Under the pieces are notes generated by a model, which saw only the letters and a list, made by a program, of their open reading frames with translations, did not search any database and had not been told where the DNA came from. DNA of 64,000 nt, from assembly GCA_041583015.1 (NCBI GenBank), contig JBFHGR010000002.1, positions 6,181 to 70,180 of the forward strand, written 5' to 3'. The stretch comes from Parvicella sp. (lineage in GTDB: Bacteria; Bacteroidota; Bacteroidia; Flavobacteriales_D; Parvicellaceae). Positions 9,204 to 21,236 of this stretch are shown one piece after another; position 1 is the first letter of the stretch, and each line of letters opens with the position of its first letter. Both the position numbers and the translations under genes were made by a program.

Positions 9204-9314
9204 ACTTCATATTTTCAGTGATTCTGCATGCAAAAAAATGTTTCTTCCCTATGCAAAGTTGAAGATTTTGTCTTTTAATAATTATTCACAACATAAAAAT
9301 ACACTAGATATATA

Positions 9315-10724
9315 CTATTTAAAAATTTTCCCAGGATTCAAAATCCCATTGGGGTCAAATAAATGCTTAATGGATTTCATTAGACTTAACTCTACCTCAG
9401 AAAATGCGATATCCATATATTCCTTTTGTACAAACCCTATTCCATGTTCCCCGGAAATTGTACCGCCAAGAGAAACCGTCAATTCAAATATTTCTCTAAT
9501 TCCTTTAGGTAATTCATTTTGCCAAGCTTCTGTACTAAGATTACCTTTGATGATGTTGATATGTAGATTACCATCTCCCGCATGACCATAACAAACAGAA
9601 GAAAAACCATACTTCTCTCCTATTCTTTTCACTCCTTCTAATAATTTAGGTAATTCATATCTTGGTACTACAGTATCTTCCTCCTTATAGATGGAATTTG
9701 CCTTCACTGCTTCGCCTACTCTCCGTCTTAAAAACCATAGCGCTTCTTTCTGTGCTTCGCTATCTGCAAAAAGTACTTCATCTGCATCATATTTCAAAAC
9801 AACGTCTGAAATCACTTCACAATCTTTATACAGGGACTCTAGATCATTGCCATCCACTTCAATAAGCAAATGTGCTTTGTGTTCATCTTTTAAATTAATA
9901 TTAGGAGGATTGTCCACAAAGTCCATAGTCCAATCAATAGCATCTCTTTCCATAAACTCCATTGCCGAAGGTGTTATACCAGCATTAAAAATAGCTGCTA
10001 CGGCCTCACAAGCCTTCTTAGGGCTTTTGAATGGAACCAACATTAATAGATTATGTTTAGGTAATGGTAAGAGTTTTAAAACAGCCTTTGTGATAATTCC
10101 TAAAGTTCCTTCACTACCAATCATCAACTGCGTTAAATTGTACCCTGTACTATTCTTAAGGGTATTGGCTCCAGTTTTAATTATTTCACCCGTTGGCAAT
10201 ACTACTTCCAAATTCAATACAAAATCTTTGGTCACACCATATTTTACTGCTCTTGGTCCTCCAGAATTCTCCGCTAAATTTCCTCCAATAGAACATGTTC
10301 CTCTACTTGCAGGGTCGGGAGCATAATACAAGCCTTTTGCTGCTACTGCATTTTGCAACTCTTGTGTAATGACAGCAGGCTGCGTGATAACCTGCATATT
10401 CTGTTCATCAATTTTGATAATTTGATTCATCCGTTCTGTAGACAAACCGATTCCCTCACGAATGGATAAAGCTCCTCCACTTAATCCTGTAAGCGCACCT
10501 ATTGGTGTAACTGGAATCATTTGTTCATTAGCAAAAATTATAATCTTAGAAATTTCTTCAACTGTAATTGGCTTCACCACAATTCCAGGGGGAAAATTAA
10601 AATCCTCCGTATGATCACTTCCATACTTTTTTCTTATTTCTAAAGAAGTTGATATATTTTCCGCTCCTACAATTTTTTCTAATACCTCAAAATCCGACTT
10701 TGAAATTTCTTTTTTCATATCCAT
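9315..10724 (-). CDS. FAD-linked oxidase, GlcD/D-2-hydroxyacid dehydrogenase family
   Basis: PDPASRGTCSIGGNLAENSGG, GSEGTLGIIT, GHAGDGNLH and GEHGIG motifs. Confidence 0.93.
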   Translation of the reverse strand: MDMKKEISKSDFEVLEKIVGAENISTSLEIRKKYGSDHTEDFNFPPGIVVKPITVEEISKIIIFANEQMIPVTPIGALTGLSGGALSIREGIGLSTERMNQIIKIDEQNMQVITQPAVITQELQNAVAAKGLYYAPDPASRGTCSIGGNLAENSGGPRAVKYGVTKDFVLNLEVVLPTGEIIKTGANTLKNSTGYNLTQLMIGSEGTLGIITKAVLKLLPLPKHNLLMLVPFKSPKKACEAVAAIFNAGITPSAMEFMERDAIDWTMDFVDNPPNINLKDEHKAHLLIEVDGNDLESLYKDCEVISDVVLKYDADEVLFADSEAQKEALWFLRRRVGEAVKANSIYKEEDTVVPRYELPKLLEGVKRIGEKYGFSSVCYGHAGDGNLHINIIKGNLSTEAWQNELPKGIREIFELTVSLGGTISGEHGIGFVQKEYMDIAFSEVELSLMKSIKHLFDPNGILNPGKIFK

Positions 10725-10844
10725 TTTTAATAGATTACAAAAGTAAGCAACATTCTGATAAAATATTTTGAAAAAAAATCACCCATTATTTCTTTGATAA
10801 TCAGCGCTTAGTAAAATTCACAAAAAAAAAGTTACCCGATAGAC

Positions 10845-10874
10845 TTGCAGAATTAAATATTGCCTTTATATTTG
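10845..10874 (+). promoter_or_regulatory. tRNA promoter
   Basis: TTG (10845-10847), 19-nt spacer, TATATTTG (10867-10874). Confidence 0.75.
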
Positions 10875-10899
10875 CACCCGCATTGAGAAAAACGCAAAT

Positions 10900-10972
10900 G
10901 ATTCGTTAGCTCAGCTGGTAGAGCACAACACTTTTAATGTTGGGGTCCTGGGTTCGAACCCCAGACGGATCA
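10900..10972 (+). tRNA. tRNA-Lys (anticodon UUU)
   Basis: Acceptor stem GATTCGT/ACGGATC, D arm GCTC-AGCTGGTA-GAGC, anticodon arm CAACA-CTTTTAA-TGTTG, T arm CTGGG-TTCGAAC-CCCAG; CCA not encoded. Confidence 0.97.
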
Positions 10973-10973
10973 C

Positions 10974-11008
10974 AAAAGCCTTATCTAATTTAGATAAGGC
11001 TTTTTTTT
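10974..11008 (+). terminator. Intrinsic terminator after the tRNA
   Basis: AAAAGCCTTATCTA-ATT-TAGATAAGGCTTTT hairpin plus T run. Confidence 0.9.
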
Positions 11009-11125
11009 GTACTTAATTTTTTGATACCTTAAAATCACCCAGCATTAATTCATTACATTTATTGTTTAAACATAATGCTGCAATCATTACTTATGTTAAC
11101 GAGCATTACCGTACAAAGACAAAAA

Positions 11126-11602
11126 ATGCCAAGAATCTTACTTAAAACCGAAATAAAAGCCACTATAAATATCGTGTTTGACCTTTCTCGAAGCATCGAT
11201 TTACACAAAATCTCCACTAAACATACTAATGAAGAAGCAATAGCAGGAAAAATAAGTGGATTAATTGGTATGAATGAAAGTGTTACATGGAGAGCAAGAC
11301 ATTTTGGTATTTATCAAAATTTGACTTCTAAAATAACGAAATTTGACCAACCAAGATACTTTGTGGACGAAATGATAGACGGAGCGTTCAAAGAATTTAA
11401 ACACGAACACCATTTTACGGAGTTAAATGGTAAAACTTTAATGACGGACGTTTTTGATTACAAATCACCATATGGAATTTTAGGTCAATTAGCTGACAAA
11501 TTATTTCTCCAAAAATATATGGTGAAATTACTAACTGAACGGAACCGCACAATAAAAGAATTTGCAGAATGTGAAAAGTGGAGAGATTTAATAAATGAAT
11601 AA
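11126..11602 (+). CDS. SRPBCC/START-fold ligand-binding protein
   Basis: VFDLSRSIDLH...VTWRARHFGIYQNLTSKIT..D.PRYFVDEMIDGAFKEFKHEHHF pattern; start placed at ATG 11126. Confidence 0.85.
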   Translation: MPRILLKTEIKATINIVFDLSRSIDLHKISTKHTNEEAIAGKISGLIGMNESVTWRARHFGIYQNLTSKITKFDQPRYFVDEMIDGAFKEFKHEHHFTELNGKTLMTDVFDYKSPYGILGQLADKLFLQKYMVKLLTERNRTIKEFAECEKWRDLINE

Positions 11603-11758
11603 AATTAGAATGTTATCTACAAACAAAACATAGTGCCATCCAAAGTTTATAAAGAATCTAATATTTCTTCTAGAAAACAATTTTTACAATTGAGCTCACA
11701 GCAAACCTAAAGCATAGTAATTAGCAACCCCTTGCATTTCTCAAAGAAATCATCTCCC

Positions 11759-12391
11759 CTACTCCAAAGCTCCTAAAATTTCTTTAGCACTTGCTCTCAC
11801 CTTGTAGTTGTAATCAAAATGACGATATTTTATCTTTCCATCTTTCCCAATTACGTAGGTGGCTGGAACCGGTAGTTTTGCATCGTCTTGTCCATTATTC
11901 TCCTCAATAGAAGTTTTTAAAAATGTTTTAATTTTCTTTTCATACTTGTCGGTTACGGTAAAAGCCACATCAAACCCATGTAAATACAATCCTCTAGTAT
12001 CCGCCACTATTGTGAATTTTTCGTCCTGTTCTTTTTCCATTTCTGAAGCATTCTCAATGGTCTCAGGTCCAATTACTATTACTTTAGCTTTTGATTCTAT
12101 CATTGCTAGAGAATCAGAAAGATTACTCAAATACTTATTGCACACAGGACACCACTGCCCTCTGTAAAAAATGACAACAACTTCTTCTTTCCCTATCAAT
12201 TCAGCCGTGTTTAATTTTTCTCCATTTACAGCTGTTTCGTATATAATAGGCGCTACATCTCCTACATTTAACCCCACAGGCACATACTCCAATTGATCTA
12301 TCCCTAACTTTTCAAAGTCTTCTTGGGCATTAACATTCAAGATTCCAGCACTTGCTAAACCAACGATTAACATCAAAACTATTTTTTTCAT
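11759..12391 (-). CDS. Exported peroxiredoxin-like AhpC/TSA (PRXL2-type) protein
   Basis: Signal peptide; FYRGQWCPVCN CxxC motif; LPVPATYVIGKDGKIKY. Confidence 0.85.
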   Translation of the reverse strand: MKKIVLMLIVGLASAGILNVNAQEDFEKLGIDQLEYVPVGLNVGDVAPIIYETAVNGEKLNTAELIGKEEVVVIFYRGQWCPVCNKYLSNLSDSLAMIESKAKVIVIGPETIENASEMEKEQDEKFTIVADTRGLYLHGFDVAFTVTDKYEKKIKTFLKTSIEENNGQDDAKLPVPATYVIGKDGKIKYRHFDYNYKVRASAKEILGALE

Positions 12392-12505
12392 AATTCAAAA
12401 ATATACAATTAAGAAGCTAAATACCTTATTTTACTTCAATTACTTATCCCAAGTGAGTCGGTTTCTATGAATTATCCTTACATTTGCACTCCCAAAAAAA
12501 TTTAA

Positions 12506-14125
<1,620 letters not shown>

Positions 14126-14147
14126 AATTACTTTTAAATAATAATCG

Positions 14148-14178
14148 AGCCCTTGCAACGTTTTGTAAGGGCTTTTTT
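14148..14178 (+). terminator. Intrinsic terminator after ABC-F
   Basis: AGCCCTTGCAA-CGTT-TTGTAAGGGCT followed by TTTTT. Confidence 0.8.
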
Positions 14179-14200
14179 GTTGCTATATTTGAAAAACTAA

Positions 14201-15310
14201 ATGACAAAAATCCTCCACATAACCACATGGTATCCCAATGAACTTGATCCCCAATTAGGTATATTCATTCAGAAACATATTTGCGAAGGGCATTCCTTTG
14301 CTCAAAACGTGGTAATTGCTGTGATTGCTTCTGAAGAATTAAGAGAACCAAAGTTAAGACTCAAAGAAACCAAAGGTGTTAAAGAAATTATTGGCTATTA
14401 CCCAGTAAGAAAAGGAAAAAGATGGAGCAATTTCAAAAACTATAATCACATACTAACCAAAATATTTCAACATTTTCTAACATTAGATTTCAAACCTGAC
14501 TTTGTACATTGTCATGTTGCCGATAAAAGCTTGAAAATGGCCAAAAAGTTTTTTGGAAACACGCCTACTCTATTGACTGAGCATTGGTCTGGATACTTGG
14601 ATGGTAGGTATGCGTCTCTTTCTAACAGGAAGAAAAAAGAAAGATTAAAACTAACTAATGGCTGCTATCAAGTAACTTGTGTGAGTGAGCACCTCAAAGA
14701 TGCATTAATAACTTCAGGCATAACTGCGCCTATTACCGTAATTCCAAATATAATTTCCAATCATAGCGTAAAGGAAGTTCAAAATGACAACCTAAAATTC
14801 ATCGTTGTAGCAGATCTCGTAGATAAGGTGAAAAACATCAGTGGAATAATTGAAGCCTATATCACTTTTCAAAGAAGCAACACTGAAATTTCTCTTACTA
14901 TAATTGGTGATGGCCAGGATAGAAAAATTCTTAGAACTTTGGCAAGAAACAACCCAGACATTTCTTTTGAAGGAAGATACAACAATGAAGAAGTTTTAAA
15001 AGCATTACCTCAGTATGATTGTTTAATTGTCAACAGTCGTTTTGAGACATTCTCCATGATTACTGCAGAAGCATTGCTTTCTGGTGTTCCAGTAATAGCC
15101 ACCAAATGCGGAGGTCCAGAACAATTCATTGAACACGGTAAAAATGGATACCTTATTAACAAAGATGACAATCAAGAGCTGTTAAAACACTTAACACTCT
15201 TCAAGGAAAATAGACAATCCTTTAGACCAGAAAAAATTCACAACAAGGCTAAGAATCAATTAAGTATTGATAAAATTAAGACCTCAATTAAACAACTATA
15301 TTTTGCGTAA
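14201..15310 (+). CDS. Glycosyltransferase family 4
   Basis: ETFSMITAEALLSGVPVIATKCGGPEQFI (E-X7-E motif). Confidence 0.9.
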   Translation: MTKILHITTWYPNELDPQLGIFIQKHICEGHSFAQNVVIAVIASEELREPKLRLKETKGVKEIIGYYPVRKGKRWSNFKNYNHILTKIFQHFLTLDFKPDFVHCHVADKSLKMAKKFFGNTPTLLTEHWSGYLDGRYASLSNRKKKERLKLTNGCYQVTCVSEHLKDALITSGITAPITVIPNIISNHSVKEVQNDNLKFIVVADLVDKVKNISGIIEAYITFQRSNTEISLTIIGDGQDRKILRTLARNNPDISFEGRYNNEEVLKALPQYDCLIVNSRFETFSMITAEALLSGVPVIATKCGGPEQFIEHGKNGYLINKDDNQELLKHLTLFKENRQSFRPEKIHNKAKNQLSIDKIKTSIKQLYFA

Positions 15311-15418
15311 AGTTCAAAACATCATGCAAAAATTACAACGTGAAGAACTTTCATAACCTCCTCTTCCAATTTATAAGATTTTAATATACATTTGCATAAA
15401 CACTATTACAAAACACGT

Positions 15419-16540
15419 ATGAAAACTTGGACTAAAGAAGAAATAACAGACCTGTACAATAAACCACTGATGGAACTAATGTTTCAAGCGGCACAAGTGC
15501 ACAGAGAAAACTTTGATCCTTTGGAAGTACAAGTGAGTACATTGGTATCTATTAAAACCGGTGGCTGTAGTGAAGATTGTGGTTACTGCCCTCAAGCAGC
15601 AAGATATAACACAGGTGTCAATGCGCACGATCTAATGTCTTTGGAAGAAGTAATCCAGAAAGGTAAAGACGCCAAAGCAGCAGGCTCTAGCAGAGTTTGT
15701 ATGGGGGCTTCTTGGAGAAACGTAAAAGAAGATGATGATTTTGATCAAGTTTTAGAAATGGTTAGTTCTTTGAACAAAATGGATCTTGAAGTTTGCTGTA
15801 CATTAGGAATGCTTACAGAAAATCAAGCAAAAAGATTAGCAGATGCTGGACTTTATGCATACAACCACAACATTGATACATCAGAAGAATATTATAAAGA
15901 AGTAATCTCGACAAGAGGTTTTGGAGATAGATTAGAGACTATTGACAATGCGAGTAAAGCAGGTTTGACTGTTTGTAGTGGTGGAATTTTAGGAATGGGT
16001 GAAGCAGATGAAGATAGAATCGGAATGTTGTACACGCTTAATTTAATGAATCCTAGACCTGCATCAGTTCCAATCAATGCGTTGGTGGCTGTAGAAGGAA
16101 CTCCACTTGAAGAGCAAAATGAAGTTTCTATATGGGAAATGGTAAGAATGATTGCTACTACAAGAATTGTGATGCCTCACTCTTATGTAAGATTATCTGC
16201 TGGTAGAACACAAATGAATGACGAAGGTCAAGCATTATGCTTCATGTCTGGTGCTAACTCTATTTTTGCTGGAGAGAAGTTATTGACTACTCCTAATCCT
16301 GAGTTTAACAATGACATGAAACTATTTAAAGAACTAGGAATCAAACCAATGCCTGCTTATAAAAAAGGACCAAAACCAGAAATAAAGGAATCTTACAAAG
16401 TACGTTCTGCCGATGCTGAGAAACCAAAATGGTCACGTCCGGATCACAAAATTGAAAGAAACGAAGCTGCTAAAGCCAAAGCTATGGCAGAAAGAAAAGG
16501 TTTTGAACCTAGAAAAGTCTCTTCAGTAGAAAAAATCTAA
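15419..16540 (+). CDS. bioB: Biotin synthase
   Basis: SIKTGGCSEDCGYCPQ radical-SAM motif, YNHNIDTS, VRLSAGR, GANSIFAGEKLLTT; ATG at 15419; own -7 element TACATTTG at 15387-15394. Confidence 0.97.
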   Translation: MKTWTKEEITDLYNKPLMELMFQAAQVHRENFDPLEVQVSTLVSIKTGGCSEDCGYCPQAARYNTGVNAHDLMSLEEVIQKGKDAKAAGSSRVCMGASWRNVKEDDDFDQVLEMVSSLNKMDLEVCCTLGMLTENQAKRLADAGLYAYNHNIDTSEEYYKEVISTRGFGDRLETIDNASKAGLTVCSGGILGMGEADEDRIGMLYTLNLMNPRPASVPINALVAVEGTPLEEQNEVSIWEMVRMIATTRIVMPHSYVRLSAGRTQMNDEGQALCFMSGANSIFAGEKLLTTPNPEFNNDMKLFKELGIKPMPAYKKGPKPEIKESYKVRSADAEKPKWSRPDHKIERNEAAKAKAMAERKGFEPRKVSSVEKI

Positions 16541-16545
16541 GCATC

Positions 16546-17664
16546 TTGGCTCAGGCTAAAAGGATTTACATATCCGTAATTAATGACCTCGCTACCGATC
16601 AAAGAGTTCACAAAATGTGTTCTTCTTTGGAAGGAGAAGGTTATCAAGTTCATTTAATTGGAAGACAACTTAAAGATTCCCTTCCTTTGAATCGTACGTA
16701 TGCTACACATCGTATGAAGTTGCTTTTTAATAAAGGTCCTTTCTTTTTTGCTGAATATAATTTTAGATTATTCTGGTATCTATTGTTCAAAAAGGCAGAT
16801 GTTTTTCATTCCAACGATTTGGACACGCTTCTAGCCAATTATTTAGTAAGCAAACTAAAACGTAAACCTATCATTTATGACAGCCATGAGTATTTTACTG
16901 GAGTACCTGAAATCCAAAACAAAAAATTTGTAAAAGGAGTTTGGACAATCATTGAAAAATCGATTTTCCCAAAACTTAAACACACTTTTACAGTCAACGA
17001 CTCCATTGCTGACCTTTTTGAAAAAGATTATAACAATAGACCTCAAGTCATTAGAAATATTCCCAATCAAAAATCACGACTCAGTAGTGTTACAAGAAGA
17101 GACTTAGGATTGCCTGAAGACAAAAAAATCCTTATCCTCCAAGGAGCAGGGATCAACGTGGACAGAGGAGCAGAAGAAATGTTGGAAGCAATGACGCTGC
17201 TAGATAATTACCTGCTCTTAATCATTGGTTCTGGTGATGTGATTGAAACATTAAAGGAAAGAGCCGAAAAGGATGACCTTAAAGACAAAGTAATTTTTAA
17301 AGGTAAACTTCCATATGAAGAAATGATGCAATATACGCAAATTGCAGATGCTGGATTAACACTTGATAAGGACACAAATATCAATTACAAATTCAGTTTA
17401 CCCAATAAAGTTTTTGATTATATCAGGGCACAAATACCTGTGATTTCTTCGAAAATCATTGAAATTGAGAAGGTTATAAATAAGTACGAAGTGGGTACAA
17501 TAATAAGTAGTCATGAAACGTTAAATATAGCTAAAACCATCGAGCAATTTCTAGAAACTGTTAACTACATTGACCTCGAAAAAAAACTACATTTTGCCTC
17601 TGAGCAACTTTCTTGGGAAAATGAAGTCATTAAGATGTTAGAAACCTATAAAAGCCTTCCATAA
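16546..17664 (+). CDS. Glycosyltransferase family 4
   Basis: DQRVHKMC, FHSNDLDTL, YDSHEYF and LPNKVFDYI motifs; TTG start. Confidence 0.88.
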   Translation: MAQAKRIYISVINDLATDQRVHKMCSSLEGEGYQVHLIGRQLKDSLPLNRTYATHRMKLLFNKGPFFFAEYNFRLFWYLLFKKADVFHSNDLDTLLANYLVSKLKRKPIIYDSHEYFTGVPEIQNKKFVKGVWTIIEKSIFPKLKHTFTVNDSIADLFEKDYNNRPQVIRNIPNQKSRLSSVTRRDLGLPEDKKILILQGAGINVDRGAEEMLEAMTLLDNYLLLIIGSGDVIETLKERAEKDDLKDKVIFKGKLPYEEMMQYTQIADAGLTLDKDTNINYKFSLPNKVFDYIRAQIPVISSKIIEIEKVINKYEVGTIISSHETLNIAKTIEQFLETVNYIDLEKKLHFASEQLSWENEVIKMLETYKSLP

Positions 17665-17666
17665 AT

Positions 17667-18797
17667 TTGAGACAAGAGTTACATTTAATATCATTTGACG
17701 TTCCTTACCCTCCCAATTATGGAGGTGTTGTAGATGTATACTACAAAATTAAAGCACTGCATGATTTAGGAATTGGAATTCATTTACATTGTTTTGAATA
17801 TGGAAGAGGAGAGCAAAAACACCTCAATGATTTATGTACATCCGTCAATTATTACAGACGTGATGAAAACAAATTAAACTTTCTTAAAAAGCAGCCCTAC
17901 ATAATCGCGTCTAGAGCAAATCACTCTCTATTGGAAAGGCTCCAAGAAGATGAACTCCCAATCATCATAGAAGGGCTCCATAACTGCTGGTTAATTGAGG
18001 AATTAAAGCCAAGTGATAGACAAATTTTTGTTAGAACTCACAACGTAGAACACGATTACTATACAGGTTTAGCCAAAGTAGAAAAAAATCTACCTAAGAG
18101 ACAATACTTTAAGTGGGAAGCTTCAAAATTGGAAAAGTATGAAGAAATCCTTGGTAAAGCTGATGGATTATTTACTATATCTCCGAATGATCAAGAGTAC
18201 TTTAACTCTAAATATGGTAATGCCGTATTGATGCCTGCATTTCATTCTGGTACTGAAGTGACCAGTAAATTAGGAATGGGTGACTATGCACTTTACCATG
18301 GTAATATGGCTGTAGGAGAAAATATAGAAGCCGCAACTTACTTGATAGAAAATGTATTTGCTCAAACCGAATTTCAGCTAATTATCGCAGGAAGTAATCC
18401 TCCGCTAGAAATATTGAAACTTGCTGAAAATCACAATAATATTGAAATTAGAGGAAATATTTCAGTAGAACATTTAAATCAGTTAATTGAAGATGCTCAA
18501 GTTAATGTTTTACCTACATTTCAACCTACAGGAATTAAACTAAAATTACTATCCGCATTGTACAAAGGTAGATTCTGCCTCGTAAATGATGCCATGGTAA
18601 ATAATACTGGACTAGAGTCAACTTGTTACATTGCCAACACTCCTGCTCAATGGAAAAAACAATTGAGAAAAATCTTCTCAAAAGAAATCAATATTGAAGT
18701 CCTCAAGAACAGAACCTCTGTACTTAAATCTCAATTTGATAATATTGAGAATGCTAAAGTAATTCAGCAAAGTCTACGATTATTACAATCGAGTTAA
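17667..18797 (+). CDS. GT-B fold glycosyltransferase
   Basis: FDVPYPPNYGGVVDVYYK, GIKLKLLSAL motifs; TTG start 2 nt after the previous stop. Confidence 0.8.
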   Translation: MRQELHLISFDVPYPPNYGGVVDVYYKIKALHDLGIGIHLHCFEYGRGEQKHLNDLCTSVNYYRRDENKLNFLKKQPYIIASRANHSLLERLQEDELPIIIEGLHNCWLIEELKPSDRQIFVRTHNVEHDYYTGLAKVEKNLPKRQYFKWEASKLEKYEEILGKADGLFTISPNDQEYFNSKYGNAVLMPAFHSGTEVTSKLGMGDYALYHGNMAVGENIEAATYLIENVFAQTEFQLIIAGSNPPLEILKLAENHNNIEIRGNISVEHLNQLIEDAQVNVLPTFQPTGIKLKLLSALYKGRFCLVNDAMVNNTGLESTCYIANTPAQWKKQLRKIFSKEINIEVLKNRTSVLKSQFDNIENAKVIQQSLRLLQSS

Positions 18798-19363
18798 TGA
18801 CCTCCATTTATTGAATCTAACATATTTCCTACTTCCCAATCTTCTTTACCTAGAAAATTATCTACGTATAATTTTGCATCTTTAGACATTTGGTTATCCG
18901 GAAATCTGTCAATTAACTCTCCATACGCCACCTTAGCCTTCTCTACATCTTTAATTCTCTCTTCAATTATTCGAGCCTTATTCATCATATAGTTTGGCGT
19001 CTCCTCTGTCTCTGGAAACTCAAAGATCAACTTATCCAATATATTCACTGCTTCCTGATATTGCTGCATTGCTTCAGCTCCTTTTGCAGCAAGTTCCAGT
19101 ATTGCTGCCGTTTTCTCATGATGAGGATGCTTAACCACAAAATCATTAGCGGCTTCATACAATTCTTTACCAGCCTTATGGACGTCCGATGGAATTGCTT
19201 CAAGTAAAGCATTATTGTACTTTTTCAATGCTTCAATTTCCGCAGACACATCTTCCGTACTTAAAGGAGCGACCTCCTCTACACTAGTATTTTCAACTGT
19301 TGCTTCACAAGAAACAACCGCCAACGATAATAACAAACTTGAAATTACAATTTTCATATTCAT
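18794..19363 (-). CDS. TPR-repeat lipoprotein
   Basis: Lipobox AVVSC; helical repeats AVNILDKLIFEFPE / AKVAYGELIDRFPD. Confidence 0.75.
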   Translation of the reverse strand: MNMKIVISSLLLSLAVVSCEATVENTSVEEVAPLSTEDVSAEIEALKKYNNALLEAIPSDVHKAGKELYEAANDFVVKHPHHEKTAAILELAAKGAEAMQQYQEAVNILDKLIFEFPETEETPNYMMNKARIIEERIKDVEKAKVAYGELIDRFPDNQMSKDAKLYVDNFLGKEDWEVGNMLDSINGGH

Positions 19364-19364
19364 T

Positions 19365-19949
19365 TTATTTACTTGGAAACGACATTCTATAATTTACATC
19401 AACTTTACCTTTAGAGATATCAGTCAACTTCTTTTTCATCAATCTTTTTTTCAATGGATTCAAATAATCTGTAAATAATATACCTTCTATGTGATCATAC
19501 TCATGTTGAATAATTCTAGCTGCCACTCCAGCATATTTTTCTTCATGAAACTTCCAATTCTCATCAAAATATGAAATAGTAATAATAGACTTTCTAGAAA
19601 CCTCCTCTCTAATACCTGGAATACTCAAGCAGCCTTCCGCAAACAACCATTCTGTACCTTCTTCCTCTTCTATTATAGGATTGATAAACACCTTTTTAAA
19701 ATTCTTTAAAATCTCAAAGTTTTTAGCTTCTTGTTCATTCTCAGGTTCTTCATCAGCAAAAGGAGCAGCGTCCACAATGAATAATCGAAGTGACTTTCCT
19801 ATTTGAGGTGCTGCCAATCCAACTCCCTGAGACTTGTACATTGTATCAAACATATCTGATATAAGAGCCGAGACATCCTCACCCTCTTCAATTTCTTCAC
19901 ATTCTTTTCTCAACACTGGAGAACCATAAGCATAAACCGGTAGTACCAT
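19365..19949 (-). CDS. def: Peptide deformylase
   Basis: GVGLAAPQIG, EGCLSIPG and QHEYDHIEG motifs. Confidence 0.97.
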   Translation of the reverse strand: MVLPVYAYGSPVLRKECEEIEEGEDVSALISDMFDTMYKSQGVGLAAPQIGKSLRLFIVDAAPFADEEPENEQEAKNFEILKNFKKVFINPIIEEEEGTEWLFAEGCLSIPGIREEVSRKSIITISYFDENWKFHEEKYAGVAARIIQHEYDHIEGILFTDYLNPLKKRLMKKKLTDISKGKVDVNYRMSFPSK

Positions 19950-20054
19950 TCTATTTTATCTATTTGTTAAATCTCTACAAAATTGGGTATAATTTCTTTC
20001 GGGTGCAAAATTTAAATCGCAATAATTCTTAATTTTGACTTCAATTCAAATTTA

Positions 20055-20528
20055 ATGAAGTTATACTTTGGAATATTAATAAGTGTTGCAACGGTACTAA
20101 TCAGTTGTGAAAAGGCTCCGAAATGCTGGGGGAAAATCATTGTAAATTCAGAAGAAATAGTTAGCGACACTACATTATGTAGTAATTGTACTTTTTTAGG
20201 AAATGAGAATTCTGGCTATGTAATCAACTCTTCCAATGATTTAAATAGGTTTTATTCCTCTTATTTTAGAGCGGGAGATGGTTGCGTTTTAAATGAATTT
20301 AATTTAGCAAAATACTCACTTCTAGCATTACCAACTTACACTACGTGTAAATACAAACTTAAAAAAAGCCTAACCATTGACGATATTGACAAAACGTATA
20401 ACTATACCATAGAAATTGAAGAATGTGGCACCTGTAATGAAAAAACTTATCGAGCCAACTGGATTGTTATTCCTAAGATTAAGGCAGGGTATTCCGTTTT
20501 GTTTAATACATTGAGGATAAGGAAATGA
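20055..20528 (+). CDS. Hypothetical Cys-rich lipoprotein
   Basis: Lipobox LISC; several Cys residues; no family recognised. Confidence 0.65.
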   Translation: MKLYFGILISVATVLISCEKAPKCWGKIIVNSEEIVSDTTLCSNCTFLGNENSGYVINSSNDLNRFYSSYFRAGDGCVLNEFNLAKYSLLALPTYTTCKYKLKKSLTIDDIDKTYNYTIEIEECGTCNEKTYRANWIVIPKIKAGYSVLFNTLRIRK

Positions 20529-21109
20529 ATAAAACTCAATTAAATAACGATTACTGGGATAAGCGATATCAAAAAAAAGAAACAGGTTGGGATATCGGCT
20601 ATCCTAGTCCATCTTTTTTGGAATTTTTTAAAGAAATAAATAAAGAAAGTAAAATTCTTATTCCAGGCTGTGGTAACAGTTATGAAGGTGAGGCTCTGCA
20701 TAAGTTGGGGTTTAGTAACATCACTTTACTAGACTTTGCAGCAACTTCAAAACAGAACTTCCTAAAACGTTACCCTCATTTTCCAATCAGTCAATTCATC
20801 GTTGGTGACTTTTTTGAAATGCAAGATCAATTTGATTTTATCTTGGAACAAACTTTCTTTTGCGCACTACATCCTTCTTACAGAAAGGACTACGCACAAA
20901 AAATGAAGGAGTTATTATCCCCTAAAGGTAAATTAGTAGGTCTGCTTTTTAATGAACCGCTCAACACAGACCATCCTCCATTTGGTGGCAATAGAAATCA
21001 ATACGAAATACTGTTTAGCAAACATTTTTCAAAGGTAAAAATGACACCAGCCGTTAATTCTATTCAGCCAAGGAAAGGTAAAGAACTCTGGATTGAAATA
21101 GGGCATTAA
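20525..21109 (+). CDS. TPMT-family SAM-dependent methyltransferase
   Basis: YWDKRY...GWDIG, ILIPGCG, GDFF, EQTFFCAL, GPPF-like HPPFGG. Confidence 0.88.
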   Translation: MNKTQLNNDYWDKRYQKKETGWDIGYPSPSFLEFFKEINKESKILIPGCGNSYEGEALHKLGFSNITLLDFAATSKQNFLKRYPHFPISQFIVGDFFEMQDQFDFILEQTFFCALHPSYRKDYAQKMKELLSPKGKLVGLLFNEPLNTDHPPFGGNRNQYEILFSKHFSKVKMTPAVNSIQPRKGKELWIEIGH

Positions 21110-21236
21110 AAGTGTACTTTTTCAACAAAAAAAATCAATTACACATCATTTTGTTAAAAGAAACTTAATTCTAAATGATAGAAATTTAAGCTTCATACCT
21201 ATTTTTGGACTGACAACAAACAGACAACCAAACAAC

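Noticed and set aside
8974-9585. 203-aa + strand ORF overlapping rpsP, a terminator and the oxidase gene
   Set aside because: Out-of-frame read of the rpsP tail that runs through a strong terminator and antisense to a conserved gene; no motifs.
9691-10326. 211-aa + strand ORF
   Set aside because: Entirely antisense to the FAD oxidase; Ser/Ala-rich composition typical of shadow frames. The same applies to the other short nested ORFs in the track.
10900-12391. tRNA-Lys as the integration site of an island (SRPBCC gene follows it)
   Set aside because: No integrase, and I found no duplicated tRNA 3' end (att repeat) downstream in the window.
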